Notes under the pieces: model-generated
What the model saw: only the letters and a program-made list of their open reading frames with translations
Told to the model about the DNA's origin: nothing
The model's database searches: none
Shown here: piece by piece, positions 1-15,346 of the stretch
Layout of the letters: each line of letters begins with the position of its first letter
Numbering within the stretch: the stretch's first letter is position 1
Assembly (NCBI RefSeq): GCF_006345805.1
Contig: NC_043005.1
Location: forward strand, 80,414,001-80,478,000
Length of the DNA stretch: 64,000 nt
Source: Octopus sinensis
Taxonomy: Eukaryota
Direction of reading: 5' to 3'
Translations under genes and position numbers: made by a program

Positions 1-49
1 ACACACACGCACACGTATACACAGATACTCGTATTCATACACACGCACT

Positions 50-80
<31 letters not shown>

Positions 81-88
<8 letters not shown>

Positions 89-387
89 ACATATGTATAT
101 TATAATTATTATCTCACTAATACATGACATATGAAGCATGTATTGAAAACCACATTGAAATATATAAACTTTATATATATATATATTTTACTACTTTCTC
201 GCTTATCAACTTTATATATACCACAAACACACACATATGTATATTATAATTATTATCTCACTAAATACATGACATATGAAGCATGTATTGAAAACCACAT
301 TGAAATATATAAACTTTATATATATATATATTTTACTACTTTCTCGCTTATCAACTTTATATATACCACAAACACACACACACATAT
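81..387. repeat. Near-identical tandem duplication, period 144-145 bp, bounded by (AC)n
   Basis: The aaacacacac-atatgtatattataattattatctcactaa... unit starts at 81 and 225, and its head recurs at 370. ORF 131..433 is a by-product. Confidence 0.9.
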
Positions 388-1216
388 AGTTTATATAAGT
401 ATTATCTATATTCTATATACTTTCGTTTCGTAAATGCTACAACTGCATTACTGCAGTGCAATTATACCACTTAGCTAAATTACTGCACTGGGTTGCTGTG
501 CGAAAATTACACCACTTAGACAAATAGCATCTTCTTTGTTTCGTATATATTTTCTTTCTATTTTCTTATTACTTATCTCCATATTTAAATGTCTTTACTT
601 TCTTTCCATTTTCTTCTTTATTATCTCCTCAGCCTTCCTCTTCTTTCTTCCTCATACATACCTATTCATACATTAGTGTCATGTCGTATTTCTCTATTAA
701 TTTCCCCCCTAGATTGTTGAGAGAACGCTCTCAATGGATCGCATTAGGCTTCGGGTGTTTCTTTTCTTCTCCTTAGTCAACAACATTTCACTGAAAATAT
801 AAAATAAATAATGGATTAATTCGCTGTTTGTTATTATATATATTTTCCCTCTATATTCTATATGTTAAAGCAAAAGAGCCGAATAAATGGAATAGTGGCG
901 AAAATACCATAATTTTTGTTTGCGTTTTAAATATGTTTCCCCATTTAAGGTTTTTTTATAATTCAGAGCAAAATAGAGACACGGTATATTTTGGTTTCAA
1001 TTCTGCTTTTTTATATACATATGTTTCAGTTGGTATTTCTATAAGCTTATACGTACTATTCACTATGAACAAGATTGTGATTAGTACAAAGGCACTGAAA
1101 AAAGAAAATTAAATTTATTAACCAATTTGGTATAGACAACAAATGTAATTCCTCTCGCCCATGCTTCTAATGCTCGTTGATGTTACCTTTCTATGAGAAA
1201 AATACATAATCTAGAG

Positions 1217-1465
1217 CTATGGTTCTCAGCTGGGGTCTGTTTGACACTGTGGGGTCCAAATGAACTGTGAGGTTTCACACGACCTTTGGGAGCCAATATT
1301 AAATTTCGTTGTTAATAATGAATAATAAATTGGTTTTACGTCTACAATGCAGAAAGTTTTTTAACAATTATTTTATATATAATTCCTAATATTTAATTAT
1401 AAAAATATAAGATGATTTCTTTTAAACATGGGGGTCCATCTCGTATGAAAGCCGGCGGGGCTCAC
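1217..1465. mobile_element. Degenerate hAT/Charlie-like non-autonomous remnant
   Basis: Starts with ctatggttctcagctggggtc, resembling CAGTGGTTCTCAAC-type hAT ends, with repeated ggggtcca motifs. No clear second TIR. Confidence 0.3.
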
Positions 1466-1758
1466 TCTGAGTGTTCTAATGTTTTCACAGTGAACGTACC
1501 GGCCGCCTCGATACTAGGCGAAGAGCACCCTCGGAGAAATCAATGGGATCCATAGGCACAAAAAAACCCCGAAAATGACTATTGACGATTAAGAACGCGT
1601 CACAAGAGAATATATAGATCTTGATGACAATGAAATGTAGGAAAGGAATGAGTGTTTCGTTGACAGCTATAGAAGCTTTCAGTAGGTGTCCTTCAATATG
1701 TTTCTTGCAGCAGCACGTGAACCCTTTGTGTATATCTTTACGCTTGTGTTCAATCTGT

Positions 1759-2057
1759 GGAGGCACATGGCCTAGTGGTTAGAGCAGCAGACAGGCGGTC
1801 GAAGGATCGTGGGTTCGAATCTCAGACCGGGTGATGTTTGTGTTTATGAGCGAAACACCTAAGCGCCACGCGGCTCCGTCAGAAGGTAATGGCGAACTTC
1901 TGCTGACTCTTTCGCCTCAACCTTCTCTCACTCTTTCCTCCTGCATCTTGCAGCTCACCTGCGACGGACCGGCGTCCCGTCCAGGTGGGAAACCCATCCG
2001 CCAAGGAAACCGGGAAACCGGCCCTTATGAGTCAAGCATGGCTCGAGAAGGAACAAA
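1759..2057 (+). mobile_element. tRNA-derived SINE with Meta-domain-like core
   Basis: A box tggcctagtgg, B box ggttcgaatc, core cctgcgacggaccggcgtcccgtccagg...ggaaaccggg. Paralogues at 4696 and 36528. Confidence 0.8.
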
Positions 2058-2200
2058 ATTGTGTTCATTCTAAGTTAAAATAATATACCAGATATTGTCC
2101 CTTCATTCAATCAAACCCGTACCAAAACCTGAAATCACAATTGTAATCTAACTCCGAAATCATACAACAGAGAAATCCTGGTCGATGTATCGAATGTTAT

Positions 2201-2555
2201 TGGCGCAGGTGTGATTGTGTGTGAGTTATTTTCGTTCTAGCTACATAAACCCGAGTTCAGTGCCACCGTGCGGAAACTTCCGGCCAACCAAAGCCTTGTG
2301 CTTGTATTTTGTAGATGGAAACTGAAAGAAGTCCGTCATGTATGTGTGTGTTTGTGTCGGTGTTTGTCTCCCTCTCATCACCGGTGTTGGTTTGTTTACA
2401 CCCTACTAAGTTAGTAATTCAGCATCACAAAGCGATACAATAGAAACCAGGTTTTAAATCATTAAGTACAAGGTCGATTCCTTCGACTAAAAGTTCTTCA
2501 AGGCGGTGCCTCAGCATGGCCGCAGTCAGATGGCTGAAACAAGCATAAGATAAAC
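2201..2555 (+). mobile_element. SINE with internal (TG)n and cttcaaggcggtgc...gactgaaacaag tail
   Basis: Same family as the copies at 3753, 15019 and 32314; contains caaagccttgtg...gatggaaactgaaagaagtccgtc. Confidence 0.75.
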
Positions 2556-3752
2556 GGTATAAGGTAAATCAATCATTTCTAAACTTCTGTCCTGTCGAGT
2601 TATAGAAACGAAACACTCAGGAATCTCTTCAAACATAGTTATGACTAACTCATAGTGAGGTCAATAGAAATGTTGGGCCTCGCAATCAGTCATGGAGTAT
2701 CCTGGCTAAATAAATTACAGAACATAGTATACATTGCAACCGAAGGAATGTCTTTGCTCTTTATTGCCAGAACATGTCTCAACTGCCAAAAGTTAGCAGC
2801 TTACACTTTACAAGACACAGCTCGGTTCTCAATGTTTTAATGTTTCTATATCTAGGTCGTCAGTGCTGATGCAGAAAAGGGGACAAAACCCTTACACAGA
2901 AAAAAATTCTTAACTAGTTGGGGAGAATTTTTTTTTTACTAAACCCTTCAAAGCGGTGCCACAGGATAGTCGAAGTGCAATGACTCAGTCGCGTCATAAC
3001 TATTTAAATATAAAAGATATTTGGAATGGAGACAGACATCACAATGAAATAGAATATGCTCCATAAAATTATTGACTTCTCTGCTTTTCTACTGCGAATT
3101 TACTGGCATTTATTTAGCTGAATCGACTTGTTTCAACTCCACTCAGGTCCCACTGTTTCATTCGTTTCTTATTCCATGTTGTAAATTCCACTCCAAGTTT
3201 CGCATGTTATAGTCCATTCATTCGTTCCTCCTCACAAAGATTTCCCTCTGGAATGTTCTCCAAGCCACTTTTTTTCGAATGTAGCCGCTTTACAATTGTT
3301 CAGAAAAACAACGGTTGCACCAGCCTTCAACCTTATTCTGTCTACTCTAAAAAGTATAAATTGTGCATCTTCCTCTCAGCAAAAATACTAAGAACAAAAT
3401 CATATCGCTACATATAGTGTCTAGCAGACACTAAAGGACAGGTTACTACTTGCTCGATCTTTCGACGAAATGCCATAAAAAATCACTCAGCTATTTGCAT
3501 TTCTCGATAACCAAAGTGCAATCACAGATATGCAAATATATCCGTGAAAAATGTATCATGTATAATTTCACACACACACACACATTATTAAAATTTTTAA
3601 ATATAGATTAAGACTAACTAAATATATGTGTCTTTGTTTCTTATATTCAATTATCACTGTTTCATTTAACACGGTGCCGTTCTTTGGAAACAAACACCCG
3701 TGATAAACGAGGATTGCTCTACATGCTTTGTTTCTTTTTCTTTTTTTTTTTT

Positions 3753-4107
3753 CTTACTTGTTTCAGTCATTACACTGCCTTGAAGAAAATTAGTCGAAGA
3801 AATCAACCCCAGAGCTAATTTTGTTTTAAAGCTGCTACTTATTTTATTGGGAATGTAAATAAACCAACAGCGGTTTTCAGAGTTGGGAACACATAGACAT
3901 ACACGCATATACATATATATATATATATAATATATATGTATGTATATACAACGGACTTCTTTCAGTTTCCACCAACCAAACCTCACAAGGCTTTGGTCGA
4001 CACGAGGCTATAATAGGCGGCACACTTACCCAGGGTGCCACTCAGTGGCGATAAACCCGGAACTATGAGGCTGGGAAACAAAATTCTTACCAAGTAGTCA
4101 CACCCGC
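3753..4107 (-). mobile_element. SINE, same family as 2201
   Basis: Reverse complement of the family tail (cttgtttcagtcatt) and body (acggacttctttcagtttcc...cacaaggctttggtc). Confidence 0.7.
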
Positions 4108-4695
4108 TCTCATACGTAGAGGATGAAATACAAATTAGACCGCATATGACTTCATGATATTAAGACCCTACCACGCCTGTGCTTAATCTTTCTGTTCTTC
4201 CATTTTGCGGATCACTTTTTCAGGCCGTTTCTACTGATGTATATGACGTATATTTACAGATAACCTTCCAGTTCTGCAATTTTACATGTTTGAAAAGAAT
4301 CGACATTTACATAATTTTGGTTGGAAATTTACGACAATGTGACTTTGTTTACAATTCCTCGAGTTTTCCATTGCGTTTTCCAATAATGAATACATAAACG
4401 AATTTATTTCCAAAAACTATCTTTCTTGCGGTGCTGCTCATACAATAAATACATTTGTATATATTTTTACAAGTTTTTATTTTATCTTATAGTAACATAA
4501 TTATACCCAGGGTAAAATAACAGAATGCATTTTATTTAATATTCAAGCATTAAATTGTTTTCACTTCTCCCGGTTTACAATATACATATTATATTAACGC
4601 TTTGGCTTTTCCTTGGGTCTATTGAACCGATTTTGAATACTTTGCGTCCAAATACGTTATTTGATGCATTTAATAACGAATACTTTCATATAGGT

Positions 4696-5000
4696 GGAGA
4701 CGCAAAGGCTCAGTGGTTAGGGCAGCGGACCCGCGGTCGGAGGATGCCGGTTTCGATTCCCAGACCGGGCGATGTGTGTTTATTGGGCGAAAACACCTAA
4801 AAGCTCCACGAACCTCCGGCAGGGAGTGGTGACAACTCCTGTTGTACTCTTTCGACACAACTTTCTCACTCTCTCTTCCTGTTTATTGAGTAATGCTGCG
4901 ATGGACTGGCCTCCCGTTCAGCTGGGGGGAACATATACGCCACAGAAACCGGGAAACCGAGCCCATGAATCTGGCTAGGCTTGAAAAGGGCGCAAGAAGC
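4696..5000 (+). mobile_element. tRNA-derived Meta-like SINE
   Basis: A/B boxes (ggctcagtgg, gtttcgattc) and tgcgatggactggcctcccgttcag...gaaaccggg. Collinear with the copy at 1759. Confidence 0.8.
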
Positions 5001-6328
5001 ATTTTCATATAGGCAACAAACTAATATATAACACATATATACGCGTCTGAGCGTGTGATGGTGCATAGCTCAGGGGTAAAAGTGTTGTGATTGCAATCGG
5101 GAGGGGAGGGGTTGTGAGTTCGGTTCCTGGATCGGGTTGTGTTCTTGAGCAAGATATTTTATTTCACTTTTTTTTTGGCTTATCAGTGGTAAAAATAAAT
5201 AAATAAATAAAGGTTTAAGAGAGTTTAAAGTTACAAGGTAAGATTCGAAAAAAAATAAAAACATGTTTAAACAATCATATGTTCAAATGCTCAAATAGCC
5301 ATAGAGATTGTAAATATTGTTTCTTCTTTTTTGCTTGGACACTGGATTTTCATAGTGGGTTTTCCCTTATCTTAAAAAATAATTTTCAATTGAAAAAATT
5401 TCTAAACGATGAACTTTTATCTTATCTTATATATTATATATTTTATACGTTTCCTACATATACGTATTTTTATATTTTTATATATTAATTTATTTATATA
5501 TGTATTTATGTTTTTTATATATTTATTATTTTAGATATTATAATGTTAAACTATATTTTTTTAGTCGCTAAAGTATTAATTTTTAATCGCGATAGACTGT
5601 GCTCACACATTTCTTTTATATGCTTGTATTAATGAATTATGTTTCATCTTCTGTGATTTTATGCATCTATATTCTATATGTAAGTAAAAGCATTATGTGA
5701 TTAAATGTTCGAGATATGAAATGTTACGTGGATGACCTTGTATTTGTTTGTTCTGCAACCAAAGTTGAATATATTTGTCTCATTTACTTGAGCACTTCTA
5801 TAGCACTTCTATATCTTAGTTTTTCATAAACCAGGTAGTTTATCAGTAAAGCAGCTTCAGTAGCTTAGCGTTTGTTGGGTATGTAATTAAGTAGAGAGAG
5901 AAGACGTGTATTTGTTTTCTTTTTTCATCTCGTCTTCGTTATGGTTCTTCCATAAGAATGAAACTCTATCCTTTAATTTGCCATTTCTATATACAAAAAA
6001 AAACGAAGAAGAAAACCTACTCAAATAATTAGTGTGAAGCAGAGTTTCTCTTAACGAGATACCACTTGGAATCACCTGAGGAAACACATCTGCACCGAGA
6101 GATACACTTAAACCAGTTGTACAGTATCTGACTCACGAGCAAGCGATGCCAGATTGATCGAAACGATTGTTGTGATCAATAAAGATTCTCGTATTTTCTA
6201 TCATCCGTGTCTCATTAATTATGTTTTCATCCAAAATGGAGACAAACACCGTTCTTATATGTGATCAGCTTGAAACATTAAGATATTGAGACAGTTTCTT
6301 CATATGAACCCAATGGTAGCCTTAAGTG

Positions 6329-6660
6329 AAGGCGCATGGCTCAGTGCTTAGAACATCGAGCTTTCGATCGTGAGATTGTGAGTTCGAATCCCAGACCGGG
6401 CTGCGTGTTGTGTTCTTGACCAAAACTCTTTATTCCACGTTACCCTAGTTCACTCAGCTGTAGAAATGAGTTGCCACGTGACAGGTGCTACACTGTATCG
6501 GCCTTTGCCTTTCCCTTGGATAACACTAGTGTCGTGGAGAGGAGAAGCTGGTATGCATGGGTGACTGCTGGTCTTCTACAAACAACCTTGCCTGGAATTG
6601 TGCCTGGGAGGGTAACTTTCTAGGTGCAATCCCATGGTCATTCATGACTGAATGGTGTCT
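6329..6660 (+). mobile_element. tRNA-derived CORE-like SINE
   Basis: A/B boxes followed by tgtgttcttgaccaaaac...cactcagctgtagaaatgagttg. Its 3' part is shared with 63870-64000. Confidence 0.75.
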
Positions 6661-6799
6661 CAGGTAGCCTTAAGGCACAAATAAAGAAAAACCTATGCAT
6701 CGGAGCTCATATTCACTGTTCGACACTTCATCATGTTGAAACGCTAATCTCTAAATATTATTGTTCTCTTTCGGTTAATCATGTTGAACCGTTAATCTC

Positions 6800-6980
6800 T
6801 ACTCTAATTTCTTTTTCATTCCCTCCTTTTGTTCTTTTTATTTTCCTTTTAATCTTTTCTCTCGAAGAGCGTAGGCTCGAAACGTAGAAGATTTTTCGTT
6901 CTTCCCAAGCGTTAAACTAATACACCTGTTCCTTGTTCCTACACTTGTCTTCGTCTTTTCTTTTCTGTAAAATTGAATTG
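6800..6980 (+). mobile_element. Penelope-like tail with degenerate minimal hammerhead
   Basis: gaagagcgtaggctcgaaacgta followed by a pyrimidine-rich tail shared with 17040-17190. Confidence 0.55.
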
Positions 6981-7069
6981 TGTGTGTGTGTGTGTGTGTG
7001 GTGTGTGTGTGTACGTACGTGTGTTTATGTATGTGGAGAAAGAGAAGGAAATACAGACAGGCATTTAGA

Positions 7070-7530
<461 letters not shown>

Positions 7531-8115
7531 GAATGCGAATGTCGGTTTGACAATATATTAAAAGTATCAAGTTTTGCATTTCTCCTGTCGTGTGTCCACA
7601 AAATAGCCGCGGTTTAAACAAAACCACAACCAACTTATTTATTATTCATTCTATGGTTTAATACAATATTTATTCTTTTATTCTTCTTTTTGGCTCTGAA
7701 CTGATATAAGAATCACATAAAAAATGCATTCTGTTGTCAACTGGAAAATAATTTATATTCTAGCAGAGAGGAGGAGTTATTATGGCGTTTTATGTATTGA
7801 ACAAACATATATTATTTCCTTGTTTGGTATTCGTTTGGTTCTTTTTGTTATTTATATATTTCAAAAACGATTGACGCGGCTTTCATCCGAACGTCATTCC
7901 AGGTTTTAGTTAGGATTTGGCCTGAAACTTCGTCTATTATATCCATACAAAACCATAACTGATATATGTAAACATATATACAGTAGTCCGTGACATCCAT
8001 AGCTTTAATACATTCAGTTGCGTTTGTGTGAGTCTGCGCATATACATAAACACATAAATATGTACCCATTCATACCCAACCTCGTACAATTATATACATG
8101 CATATATATACACAG

Positions 8116-8178
<63 letters not shown>

Positions 8179-8241
8179 GATATTATATATATATATATAC
8201 ATATATGTACATATATATATATAAATATGTATATATATACA

Positions 8242-8275
<34 letters not shown>

Positions 8276-8870
8276 CATACATATATACACACACATATAT
8301 ATGTATATATACACACACACATATATATGTACATACTTAACATATAATATATATGTGTGTGTGTGTACGTATGTCTTTACGTGTTTAATCTTGTCTTTTT
8401 GTAATAATGCATACATATAAACAGACACACACACACGCACACGCACACATATATATATACGTGTTTGTGTATTTGTGTCTGTATGCGTACGTAAGTATGT
8501 ATGTATGTAAGTATTGCGTATGTATGCGTGTGTGTGTGAGAGAGAAAAAGAGAGAGAGAGAGAGAGAGAAAATACATACGTGAGTGTGCATGTCCATTTT
8601 GCAAGTAACACCATGAAATCTAAATAGGATTAATAAGACACGATGTTTTTGAATATATCTACACACAATACATCACAGTATGTGTTTCGACGTTTATAAA
8701 CATACAACAACTTTAAAGTTACATTCATATCAGAAATGCGTTCATATGACACCTTGTCTTGGCATCGCACGTTAGTTGTATAAATAAACAAATAAATAAA
8801 TAGAACTTACAGAAATCCAGCATCATATATATCACATATATGCACATGTGTAATGTATATACGTGTGTGT

Positions 8871-8917
<47 letters not shown>

Positions 8918-8986
8918 TATACATACACACACATCACTCGCACACACACACATGAATTTATGCAAATGGACATTGTTGCGTATATT

Positions 8987-9039
<53 letters not shown>

Positions 9040-9250
9040 TTACATATATATATAAATATTATATATATATTTATACTTGTATATATGTAAATATAAATAT
9101 ATGGTAGGTATGTGTGTGTCTCTATCCTTCTATCGTATACATACATGCATATATATATATATATACAAATATACATGGTATATATACACAGACACACCAC
9201 ATATTTATATATAAAATATATATGTATATACCAAATATATGTGCATGCAC

Positions 9251-9288
<38 letters not shown>

Positions 9289-10487
9289 GTTTGCATGTAT
9301 ATATATATGTGTGTGTGTTTGTGTGTGTTTGTGTGTTTGTGTGTGTTTGTGTGTTTGTGTGTGTTTGTGTGTTTGCGTGTGTGTGTATGGGTATATATGT
9401 GCGTATGTATTGAAAGATATATTTGCAGAACCTATGTCAAATGTACATTGTTCCGAAGTAGTTTGTTTACAGTAGTGATAGCTTCATGCACAAATCTATT
9501 CTACTTTAAGTTAAATACTTTTATTGAATGCAGTTAAAGAGCGTCTGAAAACGATAACAAAATGCGCCTAGACCTCTCTAGGAAGTCTGAAATGTTTAAG
9601 AATAGCGCGAAACACGATCCTTTTAACTTGATTTTCATTGCAGGCTTTTAATTCAATCGATTTCATGCAGCCTTTGGTATACTTGGTCACGAAATATTAA
9701 TTGTAATATTGATGGTAACGCAAACCTTGCTTAGAGAACCGTTTGGTAACTGTTAGAAACAAAAACATCAAAGTTATATACTTGTGCTGAGATAATTAAA
9801 GCAGAATTTACCAAACAAATCGCTTACGTGATATCATTGATGTTACAGGTGTGGATTAAAATACTGTTTTGAATTAAAAATCTATCTGGAAGCTATGGTG
9901 CTTATAGCTAATGATATTACATATACGGTAGAAATACTTATAATATAATGTTTATTGTTATATATGTATGCGTTTATATACATTATATATTTTTTTTTTA
10001 TTTTCAGATATCCTGAAACGTATTCATTTATAAAAGTATCGTATGGTATGCAATCATTCTTTTAAATATACCAAATATATTCTAGTCTTTGTAGGAGCGT
10101 CTGCGTTCTGAATTAGCCGATGGTCGTATCGAAATAGTATTTTAAATTTGCCGTAATGTTCAGATTTTATTGCTATCGCATTGATACTGCATTGTGAGTC
10201 TTAGCGGTCAGTTGGTCCAGTTCATTACACTGGTAAATAGAAATCGCAGGGTGGGAACAATTAATCCTTTTTAAGTCGTTATAACATCATAAAATCATAA
10301 CCAATCCCAGTTGAACGTCTTAGAAGTAAAATAACACTTCGGACAATGTAGTGTTTGATATAACTATTCTGATGTGGGAATACAAAATGGCGTACGCAAG
10401 AATGATTTTGATCATACATTTACTTGTTTAAAACGACCAGGCGATAAACAAATACAACAGGAAACATCATAGTTAGTTTGAAATCTA

Positions 10488-10828
10488 ATATTGGTTTTGG
10501 CGTAATAGGAAATCAGAGCGTAAAAATGGACGAGATGCCGCCAAGCATTCTCGTTTCTTACTAACGATTCTGCCAGTTCACTACTTTAGTTTGATGTCTA
10601 ATATTAGTTTCAAATATTGGCACAAGGACAGAAATTTTAGGGGTGAGGTTAAGTCGATTAAATCAACCTCAATTCTCAACTGGTATTTATTCAATCAATC
10701 TATAACTCATCCGAAAGGATGAAAGGCAAAGTCGACCTCGGCAGAATATGAACTCAGAACGTAAAGACGGAGAAGATGACGCTAAGCATTTTGTCAGGCG
10801 TCCTAACGATTCTGCCAGGTCGCTGCCC
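10488..10828 (-). mobile_element. Partial plus near-complete tRNA-SINE (gcctttcatcctttcgg, Nin/Deu-like domain family)
   Basis: ccgaaaggatgaaaggcaaagtcgacctcggc...gaactcagaacgtaa...ctaacgattctgccag. The head portion occurs twice. Confidence 0.7.
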
Positions 10829-12224
10829 TAGTTGGATGTCTAACATTAACGATATTTTATTCTATAACATTTATTGATCGTTTGCTTCACGTGTCGGTTA
10901 AAAAAATATCGATCGGTTGTTTGTCTGTCAGTCATAATTAGTTAGTTGTTTAGGTATTTAGCCTATTGACTAACAATAAAGAAGTCGAATTGAAGTACTG
11001 CGTGTTTTTACTATAGGCGTAATGACTCTCACAAAACTCAAGAAAATTTATTTCAATACACGAGTTCACATCAAGAATCTTGCCCACAAAACCGAAATAT
11101 ATGTGTGTTTGTGTTTGTGTAATTGTATGTATGTACTACGTTTGTATGTATGTATGTATGTATGTATGTATGTATGTATGTATGTATGTATGTATGTATG
11201 CGATGAGCCTCCGCCTATAAAAATTCTCTGACAAGGCCTTGGGCAGCCCGACGGCATAATAGAAGACTCATGTCCAAAAGACTGAACCTGAAACAACCTG
11301 GTTAGAGGCAGCATAGCGATCTTCTTATCTACACACCCATGCATGATTTCCTGCAGATTCGTATCATATTGACGAATTAGCAGATGATTATCTGAGAATA
11401 AAAAATAGCTTTAGAATACTTTATTTTCAATGTAATTGAAGAAAGTTCAGTCGATGATAACAGCATAGACGATTACTGCGATATCAAACACTGTCTTCAT
11501 CGACCTCGTCGCTGTATGTTCACCACCATGTTTGTACGTAACATAAAACAAGTATGTAGAGGAATTCTCGCACTACGAGCAAATCAGGAACAATATTCTT
11601 GACCTCCAACACAGATACCAATGCGAGGGAAATAATGATTGAATGTAACCTGTCTTTATAGATTGGAGCATGGCTGTTTGCAAAGAAGTTTTCTTTCTAA
11701 CCGAGCAATTTCTGTTTCGGTTTCCCTGCGTAGTACCTTAAGCAAGTATTTAATACTATGGTATATGAGTGAATTCTAGAATTCACATTTATTTTTATTG
11801 GCTTCGTTTCAGAATTTAAAGTCTCAGTGAAATTAGCCACCCAGGCAGGTTGGTTTCTTTTTTGTACATTTTTTAAAATAATCCTTTTTCTAAAGGTACA
11901 AGACCCAAAATTTTGGCGGCGAGGCCTTTAGTCGAATACATCGATCAGCTGGTTCTTATTTCCTCGACACTGAAGGAATTCAGAACCTAAAACCAGACGA
12001 AATGCTACTCAGTACTTTGTCACGTGTTCTAACATTTCTGCAACATGAGTTTAAAAATACCATTTCGCCATGCATTCACTATAATTAAGCGATATATTCA
12101 CCTACAGCCCTGGCGGTCGTTCAAACAGCTGAGCCTCAGCAGAACCGAGGATGTATCCTGGCGAAAATAACCTTATCCCAAATATTGACACTTATCAACA
12201 CGCTCAGGAATAACTTCTTGTGAA

Positions 12225-12545
12225 CGCTCGCGGCCTAGTGGTTAGGGCATTCGGATCACAACCGTAAGGGTATGAGTTCAATTTCCGACGGTGCGTTGTG
12301 TCTCTGATCAAGAAAATTCATTTCACGTCTCTGCAGCCCACTTAACTGGAAACACGGAATTGCAGCTGTAATTCAAAAGAGCCAACCTGTTAACATTCTT
12401 TTGTTGGGTGTCTGAATCTCCCTAAGGACTACGTTAAAGGCATGCATGCGTGTAAAGTGCTCAACCACGTGTACTTTATTTTCAGGAGCAGGCTGTTCCG
12501 TTGATCAGATCAACCGAAGCACCCGTCGTCGTAATTGACGGGGTG
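12225..12545 (+). mobile_element. CORE-like tRNA SINE
   Basis: cgcggcctagtggttagggcattcgg...gagttcaatt. Collinear with 46663-46983. Confidence 0.75.
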
Positions 12546-12982
12546 TAAAAGAATTCTGTCATTATCAGCTTCTTATCCTCTACATAGATCAAGAAACATC
12601 GACATAGATGTTACTTGAACTGTGTAGAGGTTCAGAAACTGATAATGACAGAAAATCAGGGAAACTTACCTTAGCGAATCAGAGAACCTAAGCTCAGAGA
12701 CATCCTGTCCTGCTCCCAAAGAGGGGACAACCGATTGTTTGCCAACAAATAACTCACTCAAACGTTCCAGCCACTGATGCAAAGACACGCTGCCTCACCT
12801 CTCTCTATCTTTCTGTCACTCTATCTTTTGCATAGCTTTGTTCTCTTCTCTCGGTTCCTTTCCTTAGATACACATAAAGCACTCCTCTCAATCGCATTCG
12901 TCAATATTTTGGTGTCTCAGCTCCTGGCGCCAAAATCCTAATGAAATGACATGCCAGCCATTCTTCTTTTGTTCTCTCTCAT

Positions 12983-13037
<55 letters not shown>

Positions 13038-13462
13038 CTCTCTCTTGCAGTTGTGAATTTCCAAGTGCTTAAACGGAGTGATAGCAGTATCCAGCAGGCA
13101 GGCCCCGAGAGGTAGAGGCTCAGATCCATGGCCCTTTTATCCAGACTTCGCAAACAATATATTCACACACACGCATATACATATTTATATAATATACATA
13201 TATACATATATATTATGTGTGTGTGTGTGTGGGTGTATATATATATATGTATGTATATATGTATATATTTATATGTATGTAGGTACATGTATATGCATAT
13301 CCATGCACATAAAAAAGTACATATACATGTGTGTGTGCGTGGATGTACAGTGGGAAGTGGGAAGAATGAGAGAGAGAAAGGGAGGAAGAAAGAAAGTCAT
13401 AGACAGGTAGATAGACAAACAGACAGACAAGCAGACCGACAGAGAGCCAGACAGACAGAAAC

Positions 13463-13485
<23 letters not shown>

Positions 13486-13498
<13 letters not shown>

Positions 13499-13503
13499 TT
13501 AGT

Positions 13504-13599
<96 letters not shown>

Positions 13600-13600
13600 C
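13486..13600. repeat. (AGAT)n microsatellite
   Basis: Direct reading. Confidence 0.95.
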
Positions 13601-14636
13601 AGATAGGTGATAATTCGACACTATCTTATTTGGAATGGTCTCTTTTGCTGACATTCATATGAAAAGTTAAAATAGAAATTAAACTGAAGGACTCCACACA
13701 TCTACACATTTATACACGCATATAATCGAAGCATATAACTTGATATCTATGCATCAATAACTAATTAAAATATTCAATCGTAAACAAAATCAATATTTTA
13801 AAGATATATATTTATTCATTTATATGATATCAACTTCGTATACACTTAAGGAAAAGTTAATCTAGAGACTATTTCTACTTTCCGGAATCGCTGATTACTG
13901 AAATGTAATTTAGCCAGTATTGCTTTCGCTTATAAACACTAAATAAACTAAATAAAAAAGAAAGGCAACGAATTTCATGGACATATTGTTAAGTATGAAC
14001 AACGGGACAAAATTGCAAGTTCAGGACGTTACAGAATGCGGGAACATGTGATATTCAAGCGTTGAATTAATGATACCAAACACCAGATATCTAATGACAG
14101 ATACCCGTGATGAAGTATCCATCTTTGAGAGCGGAAAATAAAACTCGAACAGAAATTGATTTTGAGGTGAAAAAAAATTTAGCAATAAAAAATGTGTTTT
14201 TTTTTTTATATATTTTGTGAAATTACAGAAACAGCGGGAAAAAGAAAATAATAATAATTTAATTTGGATTTTTTAATTGATTTATAATCTTATATCTACT
14301 TTATCTTTCACCATCTAGTTGACTTGTGTTAATATAGTCTTTTAGAAACATAATATAAATTATGATTAGCTGAAATACTTCGAAAAAATCGAAATTTAAA
14401 AAAGAAAATACGCACGAAGTATTCAATATTCTTAGATATGATGTAGTTTACGCGATATGTTTGTGAATGTATAAATATTCATTCGGTGTTATTTCGTGAG
14501 TATCACATTTCTTTATACACACCGTATTAATAAATACTAACAGAAAACATCAATAGTAAACAAGAAATGGTAGTCATATGTTCAATAATCTTAGATGTAA
14601 TAAAGTGTTCGCGATATGTGTTTGTATATATGTGTT

Positions 14637-14746
<110 letters not shown>

Positions 14747-14889
14747 TTATGTATGAATGTATCTATGTATTTATAAAACTTCATACGCTGTTATTTCGTG
14801 TAAATTATATTTTCCTATACACACTATAATAATACAATCAAATACTTGAAATTGTTCAATATTCTTAGATCTAATAAAGTGTACGTGAC

Positions 14890-14951
<62 letters not shown>

Positions 14952-14952
14952 C

Positions 14953-14995
<43 letters not shown>

Positions 14996-15018
14996 ATGCA
15001 TGCATGCAAGTATACTCT

Positions 15019-15271
15019 TTACTCTCTTTTACTTGTTTCAGTCATTTAACTGCGGCTATGCTGGAGCAACGCATTTGGTCGAGCAAATAGACGCCAGGAC
15101 TTATTCTTTGGAAGCCTAGTACTTATTCTATTAGTTTGTTTTGCCGAGCCGCTAAGTTACGGGGACGTAAACATACGATCGGTTGTCAAGCGATGTTGGG
15201 AGGACAAATACAGACACACAAATATATACACACACTCATACATATATACATACATACATATATACATACAT

Positions 15272-15346
<75 letters not shown>

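Noticed and set aside
662-790. 129-nt minus-strand exon with good acceptor and donor
   Set aside because: Stops occur in all three frames and the sequence looks repeat-derived; at best non-coding or terminal.
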